A program made the translations under genes and the position numbers. Positions 1 to 9,024 of a stretch of 32,000 nt of DNA are shown here, one piece after another. Numbering within the stretch: position 1 is the first letter of the stretch; every line of letters starts with the position of its first letter. The DNA is taken from assembly GCF_000008665.1 (NCBI RefSeq), contig NC_000917.1:420001-452000 (forward strand), written 5' to 3'. The notes below the pieces were generated by a model. It worked only from the letters and a program-made list of their open reading frames with translations. It did no database searches and was not told where the DNA came from. The DNA is from Archaeoglobus fulgidus DSM 4304. GTDB taxonomy: Archaea; Halobacteriota; Archaeoglobi; Archaeoglobales; Archaeoglobaceae.

Positions 1-339
1 GGATGCGGAATGTGCGAGTCAGTTTGCCCCAAGTCAGCCATTAGCGTATATAGAAACGGAAAGGACTTCGAAGTGGAAATCAACGAGAACTGTGCCGTCT
101 GCGGAACCTGCAGCGACTTCTGTCAGTTCGGGGCTCTTAAATTCTACAGAAACGGTAAAGAAGGTGGAGTGTATACAGAAATTTTGAAAGAAGAGTTGGG
201 ATTTAAGAAAGTAGATGTAAATCCTCAAGATTGTATTTTATGCTCACTCTGCATGAAAACCTGCCCAAGAGATGCAATCAAGGTTATCAGGTCTGTTGAC
301 CTCAAGAAGCTGAGGAGAGGAGAGATAAGCATAGGTTAG
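1..339 (+). CDS. Polyferredoxin, N-terminal part (truncated by window start, ends at in-frame TAG)
   Basis: Frame 1 is open from base 1. Repeated 4Fe-4S motifs: CGMCESVCP, CAVCGTCSDFCQ, CILCSLCMKTCP. Stop TAG at 337-339. Confidence 0.85.
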   Translation, partial: GCGMCESVCPKSAISVYRNGKDFEVEINENCAVCGTCSDFCQFGALKFYRNGKEGGVYTEILKEELGFKKVDVNPQDCILCSLCMKTCPRDAIKVIRSVDLKKLRRGEISIG

Positions 340-465
340 GGGTGCATAGAGTGCAGACTTTGCGTTGAGAACTGCCCCACTAAGGCAGTCAAAATCTACC
401 ACGGTAAGCCAGTCATCGACGAAAGCAAGTGTATATACTGTGAAATATGTTCAAAGGTTTGCCCG

Positions 466-1068
466 ATGGACGTCATAACAGTGAGATGCGACTCCTGCAG
501 GATATTCGAGCAGAGGAAGGAGGCTGTCATAGGAACTGTGATAGTTGACGAAGGTTCATGCTCAACCTGCAAAATGTGCACCGAGGTTTGCCCAACTGGC
601 GCAATAAAGGTTGAAAGAATCTTTGAAGGGGAGCAGAAGTGGAGCAAAGAAAAGTGCATCGAGGACTGCACGGTTTGCAGAGACATCTGCCCCAACAACG
701 CAATATCCTATGCCTATGATCCGGAGAAGAGGGTTGTTTTCAGCGACAGGTGCAACTTCTGCGGGACGTGCGAGAGGTACTGTCCCGGCAACGCCATCGA
801 AATAGACAGAAGGCTTAGGGAGGACATAGAGATTGAGTTCAAGAGGGCTGAAAGGAGTAAAAAGAAGGAAATCAGAGTGGGTGAGATCTGCATCGGCTGC
901 GGTATCTGCGAAAGCATCTGTCCGGTCAGTCAAAACGGCAACACTATTGAGATTGTCAACGGTAAAGCTGTCGGAAGGGTGAGTGAAGCTTGCACCGCAT
1001 GCGGTCTCTGCGTGGTTAACTGTCCGGTGGAGACGATAGAGGTTAGGGAGATTAAGGAAGAGTCCTAA
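466..1068 (+). CDS. Polyferredoxin, C-terminal part (same frame as 1..339; homologous coding sequence continues upstream to 340)
   Basis: Motifs CSTCKMCTEVCP, CTVCRDICP, CNFCGTCERYCP, CIGCGICESICP, CTACGLCVVNCP. The reading frame extends back to 340 with two more ferredoxin motifs but no start codon. Confidence 0.85.
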   Translation: MDVITVRCDSCRIFEQRKEAVIGTVIVDEGSCSTCKMCTEVCPTGAIKVERIFEGEQKWSKEKCIEDCTVCRDICPNNAISYAYDPEKRVVFSDRCNFCGTCERYCPGNAIEIDRRLREDIEIEFKRAERSKKKEIRVGEICIGCGICESICPVSQNGNTIEIVNGKAVGRVSEACTACGLCVVNCPVETIEVREIKEES

Positions 1069-1074
1069 CGAAAA

Positions 1075-1088
1075 GCAAATATATTTGC
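1075..1088 (+). promoter_or_regulatory. Palindromic TATA element upstream of ferredoxin 1105..1293
   Basis: GCAAATATATTTGC is a perfect 14-bp palindrome centred about 24 nt before the ATG. Confidence 0.5.
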
Positions 1089-1104
1089 ATTTTTTCCTTT
1101 TTCC

Positions 1105-1293
1105 ATGGCAAGGAAGGCTATCGTTGACAGAAGAAAATGCGCTTACTGCGGGGCCTGCGTTGCCGTCTGTCCTGCAGATGCAAATGAGCTTGTTGAAACC
1201 TTTCTCGAGATTTACGATGACAGGTGCACCGGCTGCGGAATCTGCGTGAAGATGTGTCCGATGGGAGCCTTGGCCATGGTGGAGGTGGACTAA
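1105..1293 (+). CDS. 2x[4Fe-4S] ferredoxin, 62 aa
   Basis: [12 protein letters not shown] and [12 protein letters not shown] motifs; overlaps the next ATG by 1 nt. Confidence 0.9.
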
Positions 1294-2456
1294 TGTACGA
1301 CGTTGTGGTTGTTGGAGCCGGGCCAGCGGGAAGCATGGCAGCGAAAACCGCTGCGGAGCAGGGTTTGAAGGTTCTTCTGGTGGAAAAGAGGCAGGAGATT
1401 GGCACGCCTGTTAGATGCGCCGAGGGAATTAGCAGGGAGAGCATTGAGAAATTCTTCGAAGTGGACAAGAAGTGGATTGCGGCCGAGGTAACCGGAGCGA
1501 AAATCTATGCCCCGAACAAAACCGAAATCGTGATGTCAGAGGAGATGGCTGGCAATGAGGTTGGTTACGTTCTTGAGAGGAAAATTTTCGACCGCCACGT
1601 TGCCAGACTTGCCGCAAAGGCTGGGGCGGAGGTTTATGTTAAGACGGCAATGGTCGATTTTGAGAGAAAAGATGGAAAGGTGAAGGTAAAGCTCAGGAGG
1701 CTCGGAGAAGACTGGGAAGTTGAGACGAAAATTTTGATCGGAGCTGACGGCGTGGAGAGCAAGATTGGCAGAAAGGCTGGGATAATCAAGACCCTCAAGC
1801 TTAATGAGGTAGAGAGCTGTGCTCAGTACCTCATGACCGGTCTCGATATCGATGAGAGCTACACGTACTTCTACCTCGGGAGAGAGCTTGCTCCCGGCGG
1901 CTATGCCTGGATTTTCCCCAAGGGAAACGGTTCGGCAAATGTGGGTATAGGAGTTCTGCCGAAAATGGCCGAAAGGACTGCAAAGGAGTACCTTGACGCA
2001 TTCATCGAGAAAGAGGGTATTGAGGGAAAGATAGTTGAGTTTGTTGCCGGAGCTGTGCCGGTTTACGGAGAAATCGAGACAGCTGTGGCGGACAACATAA
2101 TGCTCGCTGGAGATGCTGCGTATCATGCGGACCCCATTACGGGAGGTGGGATTGCGAACGCCCTGTCTGCTGGCTACTACGCCGGAAAGGTTGCGGCAGA
2201 GGCTGTTCAGAAAAACGATTTCTCGGCAGATTTCCTGAGAAGATATGATGAGCTCTGGAAAAACGACTTCGGTAAAAAGCTGAGAAGAAACAAGAAGCTG
2301 CAGCTCAAGTTCATCGACATGGATGATGCGCTCCTCAACAAGCTTGCAGGGGCGATTGCGGGCAAAAATTTAAGGGAGATGAGCGTTGCCGCGATAGTCA
2401 AGGAGCTTCTAAAGGCGCATCCGAAGCTCCTCTGGGACCTCAAGGACCTTTTCTAA
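1293..2456 (+). CDS. Geranylgeranyl reductase / digeranylgeranylglycerophospholipid reductase family flavoprotein
   Basis: N-terminal FAD-binding [22 protein letters not shown]; [10 protein letters not shown] and [17 protein letters not shown] motifs. The ATG at 1293 is preferred over the track start at 1224, because 1224 overlaps the ferredoxin. Confidence 0.9.
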
Positions 2457-4800
2457 CCTTTTTTAATGCAACTCTCTTCACACCCTTTCTCGCAACCACG
2501 ACTCCTGAGGAGTATCTGCCCTGCACTGGAATTGTGGAGGAGTCAATTCTTATGCAGTAGCCGTCCTCACTCATGATAAACACTTCCTCACCATTGCATG
2601 CAGAAATGAACGCCAATTTACCGGTTTTTTCCGAAATTCTGTAACCAATCATTCCCATAGAGCCTCTGCCGATGAACCTGAACTCGTTAACATCGCATCT
2701 CTTTCCGTATCCTCTTTCTGTCAGCATCAGCAAGTACTCTCCTTCAGAAGCGCTCATCCACGCTATCCTATCCCCATCTCTGAGCCTGACCGCAATAACG
2801 CCCTTTGCATTTCTTCCATACTCGGGCACGTCAGTCTCTCTCAGCCTCACAACATTCCCGTTGGCTGTGGCGATGAAAATGCTGTCCCCCTCAAGAAGCT
2901 CGACCTGCTGGATTTCCCCGGCTGAAGCCTTAACTCCTGCCCTCTTGGCGTTCTCGAACTCAATCAGCGGGACCTTCTTAATGTAGCCATCAGGTGAGAG
3001 GATAACTGCAATCTTGCCGTTGAAATCTTTAACACCTAAGGCGGATACAACCTTCTCACCGTTTTCGAGCCTTATCAACCTCTTTAAGGTGGTGCCTCTG
3101 GCCGTTCTGTCCATTTTAGGAATTTCGTAGGCGTTAATCCAGAATGCCCTGCCGGTGTTGGTGAAAATCAGGAGCCTGTCGGTTGAGTTGCATATTCTAA
3201 AGACGGCTATTTCATCTCCAGGAGAGACGCTCGCTCCAATAACGCCAACTCCACCTCTGGACTGCACCCTGAACTCTTCCAGAGACATGCGCTTCGCGTA
3301 GCCTTCTGCTGTAATCAGCACAGCGTTCTCTTCCTCCTCTATGAGGTCGGTCGTTGATATTTCATCCACCTGGCCGATAATCTCAGTTCTTCTCTCATCC
3401 CCGTACTTTTCCCTGATTTCCCTAACCTCGTCTGCAATTATGGCATCTATTTTCTCGGGACTGGCAAGAATTGACTCGTACTCCGCGATTTTCTCTTTCA
3501 AGCTCTCGTACTCTTTAAGGAGAGCGTCAATTTCCATTGCCGTCAACTTCTGCAGGCGCATTTGCAGCACGGCATCCGCCTGCTTTTCGGAGAGGGAGTA
3601 TGTCTCAATCAGCTTTCCTTTCGCCTCGGATGGTGAAGATGAGGATTTAATCAGGTTTATGGCGTTGTCAATGTCTTCAACAACAACCTTCAAACCCTCA
3701 ACAATGTGGAGCCTCTCCTGTGCCTTTTCGAGGTCATAGGTCGTTCTTCTCCTAATAATCTCCCTTCTGTGGTCAACGAACAGTGCTATGAGCTCCTTCA
3801 GGTTGAGAATTCTCGGCTCGTTATCAACAAGGGCGAGGTTTATGATTCCGAATGTAGTCTGGAGGTTTGAGTAGGCATACAGCTTCTTTATCACCGTTTC
3901 CGGATTTGAGCCGGATTTGAGCTCGATTACAACTCTGATTCCCTCCCTATCCGATTCATCCCTTATCGTCCTTATCTCATCTATTCTGTCCTTCGCAAGC
4001 TCAGCTATGCTTTCCACCAGCTTGGCCTTGTTGACCATGTAGGGAACCTCTCTGATTATGATTGCGTTCTTTTCAACCTCAACCTTCCCTCTCACCGTTA
4101 TCTTTCCCCTGCCGGTGAGGTAGGCTTCTTTAATCCCATCCACGCCAACAATCACGCCGCCAGTCGGAAAGTCGGGACCTTTGACGTATTTCATCAGCTC
4201 CTCAACGGAAATTTCGGGATTCTGGATGTAGGCAATAATGCCCTCACACACCTCAGCCAAATTGTGGGGCGGCATGTTCGTGGCCATTCCCACCGCGATA
4301 CCGCTTGATCCATTAATGAGAAGGTTTGGGATTTTTGAGGGCAGAACTACAGGCTCTTTGAGAGTGGCATCAAAGTTCGGCATGAAATCAACGGTGTTTT
4401 TGCCTATGTCGGCCAGCATCTCCTCCGCAATCTTGGTGAGCCTCGCCTCGGTGTACCTCATCGCTGCTGGGGAATCGCCGTCTATGCTTCCGAAGTTGCC
4501 CTGTCCATCCACAAGAGGATAGCGCATGACGAAGTCCTGAGCCATTCTGACGAGAGCATCGTAAACCGCCGAGTCGCCGTGAGGATGGTACTTACCGAGA
4601 ACCTCTCCGACTATTCTCGCTGACTTCCTGTAGGGGCGGTTGCTGAACAGCCCCATTTCGTACATGGCATAGAGAATGCGTCGCTGAACGGGTTTAAGGC
4701 CGTCCCTGACGTCTGGCAATGCCCTGCCAACAATAACGCTCATGGCATAGTCAATGTACGAGCTTTTCAACTCCTCGCTGATGTCTCTGAGCAGCTCCAT
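2440..4800 (-). CDS. gyrA: DNA gyrase subunit A
   Basis: Full-length GyrA: [46 protein letters not shown], catalytic-Tyr context [11 protein letters not shown]-terminal beta-pinwheel repeats. Confidence 0.95.
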
Positions 4801-4889
4801 TTTTAACAGTCTGAGGGAGTGTTTAAAACTTTGAGCACTTGAGCTTTGAGCGAAAGAGTTTTAATTCAAGTTGGGCTAAATGGCATTGA

Positions 4890-4962
4890 GCCGAGGTAGC
4901 CTAGCTGGTTGGGGCGCCTGACTCATAATCAGGAGGTCGGGGGTTCGAATCCCCCCCTCGGC
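4890..4962 (+). tRNA. tRNA with anticodon CAT (likely elongator Met; tRNA-Ile2 not formally excluded)
   Basis: Acceptor GCCGAGG/CCTCGGC, anticodon stem-loop CCTGA-CTCATAA-TCAGG, T-arm GGGGG-TTCGAAT-CCCCC. No intron, CCA not encoded. Confidence 0.93.
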
Positions 4963-4983
4963 ATGGTTGAAAAGGTAAAATGC

Positions 4984-4990
4984 TTTTTTT
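4984..4990 (+). terminator. Possible T-tract terminator downstream of the tRNA
   Basis: TTTTTTT run about 20 nt after the tRNA 3' end, typical of archaeal intrinsic termination. Confidence 0.45.
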
Positions 4991-5074
4991 ATGCAGGTTC
5001 GAACCACGAGTGCAGCAACCTTCTGGCTGTTAAATGCGTTTGATGGGAAAAAATTGATGCTTTAAAATTTTGCT

Positions 5075-7129
5075 TTATTTATTACCTCTAAAAGATTTAA
5101 GAGTTACCGGGTTCAGCAAAGCGAGGATGAGTGCTGATACTAAAATTAAGTACTCTGTATAAAATAGGGAAATCAAAAGTAAAATCAATGCTATCGCAAA
5201 AGAAACTCTTTGCATAGCATTTAGATGACCGAAGAGATAGCCTGATATGACTCCACCAGACAAAAGAGCTGCCAAGACTGATGCAAACACTCCAAATACC
5301 ACATTAGAGATAGCAGATAAATCTAGAGATTCAATCGGTAGAATCAGCATCTCCGGTCTTGAGATGAAAGAAAAGGCGATAAACCACCCTATCAAGGCCA
5401 TTCTGAAAGCTTCGATACCAGTCTTCCAGAAGTCCGCCTTTGCGACCGCCGCACCAGCATATGCGGTTATTGCAACAGGAGGTGTTAGTGGTGCAAGGAT
5501 TCCGAAATAGAATATGAAAAAGTGCGCAGCTATTGGTGGAATTCCCATTTCAACGAGAGCAGGAGCAACTGAGGTTGCACACAACACGTAGACGGCTGGC
5601 GTTGGCATCCCCATTCCAAGAAGAATCGTTATTCCAACAACCAGAATTAGCAAAATTACAATATTACCCCCTGAAATTTCGACAAGAAATTGACTGAGAG
5701 TTAATGCGAGTCCGGTGTACGCAAGAACTCCCGCAATAACTCCGGCAAGAGCACACGCTATTGCTACTGGGGTAACTGATTTGAAGCTACTTGCAAGACT
5801 TCTGACTATAATTGATGTCATCTCTCTTGCTCCTTTGAGTACTAACCCTATCCCCATTGTGATGAAGAGTGATATTGCCCCCACGACGACGAGAATGCTG
5901 AAAATATCCAGTCCTGAGGAGGCAAGCGTAAATCCAAGGCCGAATATTATTACTGTAAAGATTACTCCAAATAATTTTCTAATTCCCGCTCTCGTGAACC
6001 ATTCAATAAACAGCGCCGCCATTATCGATGCAACTGCGGCATGTTCTACTGAGTAACCTGACGACAAGACTGAAACCAAAACTACCAGTGGGAGGAGATA
6101 GTACAGCTTCAAAAGCAATGGTCTCAGCGGTGGTAGCTGCTCTCTTGGCACCCCAAAGGCTTTCTGCTTCGATGCTTCCTGGTCAACAAAGATGTAAAGG
6201 GCAAAGTAGTACAGCAGCGCTGGAATTACGGAAGCTACCACAACATCCCAGTATCTGATACCTAAAAACAGCGGCATTATGAAGGCCGCCGACCCAAGGA
6301 CCGGGGGCATCAGCTGTCCACCCGTAGAGGCGCTGGCCTCTATTGCTCCAGCAGTTTCTGGTTTATATCCCGCTCTCTTCATCAGTGGTATTGTAAAAGT
6401 GCCAGTGGTGACCACATTTCCCGTTGCAGAGCCGCTCATCGTTCCGAGCAGTGAGCTGGCAACAACTGCAACCTTTGCAGGTCCACCTTTTCTCGCTCCG
6501 GTTAACGCAAATGCCAAATCTGTGAAGAATTTGCCCACACCAATTTCTGACAACAAAGCTCCAAAAAACATGAAGATGAAAATCATAAATGTGGCTACCT
6601 GAAATGGGGTTGAGAATATTCCCACATTGTAAAGGTATATTCTCGTAACCAAGGACGAAATATCAAATCCCGCATCATACAGACCAATCAGAATGAAAAC
6701 CATGGTTAATACGGCAAGGGCAGCACCAGTCGTCCTTCTACCAGCTTCGAGAAGGAAAATAATTGTTATTAGCCCAAATACCACGTCTATTGTCGTTGTA
6801 ATGCCCATTCTTAGCATTAATTCCGGATACACAAAGAAAATGTACAAACCGCCCGAAGCTCCTACAATACCCATCAACCAGTCGTACCATTTTGCCCCAT
6901 TTTTACGTAGAGGGTGTGTTACAAAGCTTATTAGTATAATCCCAGACAAAAACATGCCCATGTGCTGCATAGGCGTTAGAATCAGATAGGAGGGGACTGA
7001 AAAGCCAAAAAAGTTGCTTAACAGCATAACAACAACGAGGAAAAAACCAAGTGCAAATACGATCATGTAAAGGGCGTATGCAGCGGAAATGAGATTCGTC
7101 ACTCTGTCACTGACATTTGAGTGGTCCAT
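5075..7129 (-). CDS. TRAP transporter, fused 4TM/12TM permease (TAXI-associated DctQM-like)
   Basis: 684 aa, highly hydrophobic, with TRAP signatures FTIPLMKRAGYKPETAGAIEASASTGGQLMPPVLGSAAFIM and GMGMPTPAVYVL. Confidence 0.9.
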   Translation of the reverse strand: MDHSNVSDRVTNLISAAYALYMIVFALGFFLVVVMLLSNFFGFSVPSYLILTPMQHMGMFLSGIILISFVTHPLRKNGAKWYDWLMGIVGASGGLYIFFVYPELMLRMGITTTIDVVFGLITIIFLLEAGRRTTGAALAVLTMVFILIGLYDAGFDISSLVTRIYLYNVGIFSTPFQVATFMIFIFMFFGALLSEIGVGKFFTDLAFALTGARKGGPAKVAVVASSLLGTMSGSATGNVVTTGTFTIPLMKRAGYKPETAGAIEASASTGGQLMPPVLGSAAFIMPLFLGIRYWDVVVASVIPALLYYFALYIFVDQEASKQKAFGVPREQLPPLRPLLLKLYYLLPLVVLVSVLSSGYSVEHAAVASIMAALFIEWFTRAGIRKLFGVIFTVIIFGLGFTLASSGLDIFSILVVVGAISLFITMGIGLVLKGAREMTSIIVRSLASSFKSVTPVAIACALAGVIAGVLAYTGLALTLSQFLVEISGGNIVILLILVVGITILLGMGMPTPAVYVLCATSVAPALVEMGIPPIAAHFFIFYFGILAPLTPPVAITAYAGAAVAKADFWKTGIEAFRMALIGWFIAFSFISRPEMLILPIESLDLSAISNVVFGVFASVLAALLSGGVISGYLFGHLNAMQRVSFAIALILLLISLFYTEYLILVSALILALLNPVTLKSFRGNK

Positions 7130-7160
7130 AATTGGTCACCCCATAAAAAAATTTAAAAAA

Positions 7161-8195
7161 TTACGGTTTTAATTTTTCTGGAACTTCCACGCCTATTTCG
7201 GTCCAGTACTTATAGGCCCCAGGATGCAGCGGAATTGAGATTCCAGCCATAGGATTATCTCTATTTACAGTCTCCAGGAACGGGGCAGATTTTTTAACCT
7301 CGTCAAAATGCTCCCAGTACGTCTTTGTGAACTTGTAAACTAAGTCTTCTGGAACATCCTCGTTCGTTATCAAAATCACGGGTGCTGCAAGAACCTTGAC
7401 ATCCGAGTCCATTCCATTGTAGCTGTCCTTTTTGCCCACATACTTTGAGAAGTACGGATACTTTTCTGTGATCTTATCTGCCAACTCATCGGGAATCTCC
7501 AAGAGTCTAATCGGAGTGCTCATAGACTCCTCGTAGAGGTTTGGATTTGGCAACGAAGTGTGGTGGATAGCTGCGTCAACCGTTCCGAGCTTAACCATGT
7601 TCCATGATTCTGGATCTCCAACATTAACTTTTATAATGTCATCCCATATCCCCGCTTCTTTCAGAACGACCTCGGCAGCAACTGCATCACCACTTCCTGC
7701 CTCACCTATTGCCACTCTCTTTCCTTTTAGGTCGTAGATGGTTTTCATATCGCTGTCCGCTTTAACTATGAAGCTAACGATTAAGGGGTGAGCCGGGGCC
7801 ATAGCTCTAAGTTTGGGATATTTTTCTCCCTCAAAAGTTCCAGTTCCAGTGTATGCGAAGTAGGCCACCATTGAAGTTGACAAGGATATTGGAACCTCAC
7901 CGCTACCCACGCCTCTTGCATTGGCGGCAGAACCACCACCGGGAATTGCAGTTGCGTAAATATCTGGGTTGTATTTAGACACAACACTCGCAATGGACGT
8001 GAGTGCTATGTAATAAGTTCCCGTAGGTGAACCAGTGGTCATTTTTATTTTGTACTCAACCTTTTCTGGAGGTTGAGTAGTTGGGGTCGTAGCTGCTGTT
8101 TCCGTAGGTTTTTCGGTTTGTGTACATCCGCTAAAGGCGATTGAGATCGCCAAGAACAATAGCGCTAATACTTTCCACAACCTAGCTTTTTTCAT
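7161..8195 (-). CDS. TAXI-family TRAP solute-binding lipoprotein
   Basis: Lipoprotein signal MKKARLWKVLALLFLAISIAFSGCTQ; TAXI-like body KMTTGSPTGTYYIALTSIASVV...; starts at the internal ATG, not the track start at 8228. Confidence 0.9.
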   Translation of the reverse strand: MKKARLWKVLALLFLAISIAFSGCTQTEKPTETAATTPTTQPPEKVEYKIKMTTGSPTGTYYIALTSIASVVSKYNPDIYATAIPGGGSAANARGVGSGEVPISLSTSMVAYFAYTGTGTFEGEKYPKLRAMAPAHPLIVSFIVKADSDMKTIYDLKGKRVAIGEAGSGDAVAAEVVLKEAGIWDDIIKVNVGDPESWNMVKLGTVDAAIHHTSLPNPNLYEESMSTPIRLLEIPDELADKITEKYPYFSKYVGKKDSYNGMDSDVKVLAAPVILITNEDVPEDLVYKFTKTYWEHFDEVKKSAPFLETVNRDNPMAGISIPLHPGAYKYWTEIGVEVPEKLKP

Positions 8196-8217
8196 GATTT
8201 GTTGTTGGAAACAAAAA

Positions 8218-8225
8218 TATTTAAA
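8218..8225 (-). promoter_or_regulatory. Candidate TATA box for the TAXI/TRAP genes
   Basis: TTTAAATA on the minus strand, centred 26-27 nt upstream of the ATG at 8195 and overlapping the korB stop codon. Confidence 0.55.
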
Positions 8226-9024
8226 CATTTTCTTTGTTTTCTCCTTTTCTCACGTACATCCTGAGTTTCTCTATTTTTTCACAAAACTCCTCCATCACCT
8301 CCTTTTTGAAAACGCCAATATCAGTGGGCTGAATTTCATCCAGAGAGACGTTGTCCCTCCTTCTGAAGTTCTCCTTCAGATGTTTCAGCAAATCCGCAGG
8401 CTTTATACGCTGATGAGTCGGGCAGCCAGTAACCACCTCAACCACACTGAAGCCGTGATGCTGCATGGCCTCAAAAATGGCCTTTTCTATCCATCTTGGC
8501 TGATAGGCCGTGAACCTCGCAACGTAACTTGCTCCCGCTGCAATCGCAAGCTTTGCAATGTCGAAGGGTCTTTCAACGTTCCCGTAGGGAGAGGTTTTAG
8601 TTTTTGCACCTTCCGGAGTTGTCGGGGCAAGCTGCCCACCAGTCATTCCGTAGAGGGAGTTGTTTATGACAACTGCAGTGAGGTCTATGTTCCTCCTGCA
8701 GGCGTGGATGAAGTGGTTACCTCCAATCGCCACCGCATCACCATCTCCCATAAAAACCACCACGTTTAGCTCTGGTTTGGCGAGCTTGATCCCTGTAGCA
8801 AAGGCCAGAGCCCTGCCGTGAGTGGTGTGGACCGTCTCAAAATCAAGGTACTGCGTTATTCTCCCACTGCAGCCAATTCCGCTCACAACCACTGTCTTAT
8901 CCCTCTCAAAACCCCTCTTCACGGCCCTGATGAATGAGGCGAGGACTATGCCGTTGGGGCAGCCTGCACACCATATCGTCGGCAGCATCTCAGTTCTCAG
9001 GTAATCAGCATACTCTGCCTTCAT
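8221..9024 (-). CDS. korB: 2-oxoacid:ferredoxin oxidoreductase, beta subunit (TPP-binding)
   Basis: WCAGCPNG, GIGCSG, TPP motif GDGDAVAIGGNHFIHACRRN. Confidence 0.9.
   Translation of the reverse strand: MKAEYADYLRTEMLPTIWCAGCPNGIVLASFIRAVKRGFERDKTVVVSGIGCSGRITQYLDFETVHTTHGRALAFATGIKLAKPELNVVVFMGDGDAVAIGGNHFIHACRRNIDLTAVVINNSLYGMTGGQLAPTTPEGAKTKTSPYGNVERPFDIAKLAIAAGASYVARFTAYQPRWIEKAIFEAMQHHGFSVVEVVTGCPTHQRIKPADLLKHLKENFRRRDNVSLDEIQPTDIGVFKKEVMEEFCEKIEKLRMYVRKGENKENV

Noticed and set aside
396-698. 100-aa ORF listed within the polyferredoxin region
   Set aside because: Its His/Ser-rich sequence does not match the frame-1 ferredoxin coding, and cysteine-motif evidence strongly favours frame 1.
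3341-3739. 132-aa plus-strand ORF opposite gyrA
   Set aside because: Shadow ORF: Ser-rich and within well-supported GyrA coding.
8195-8228. Upstream N-terminal extension of the TAXI protein (MFKYFCFQQQI)
   Set aside because: The extension precedes a normal lipoprotein signal peptide and overlaps the proposed TATA box and the korB stop.
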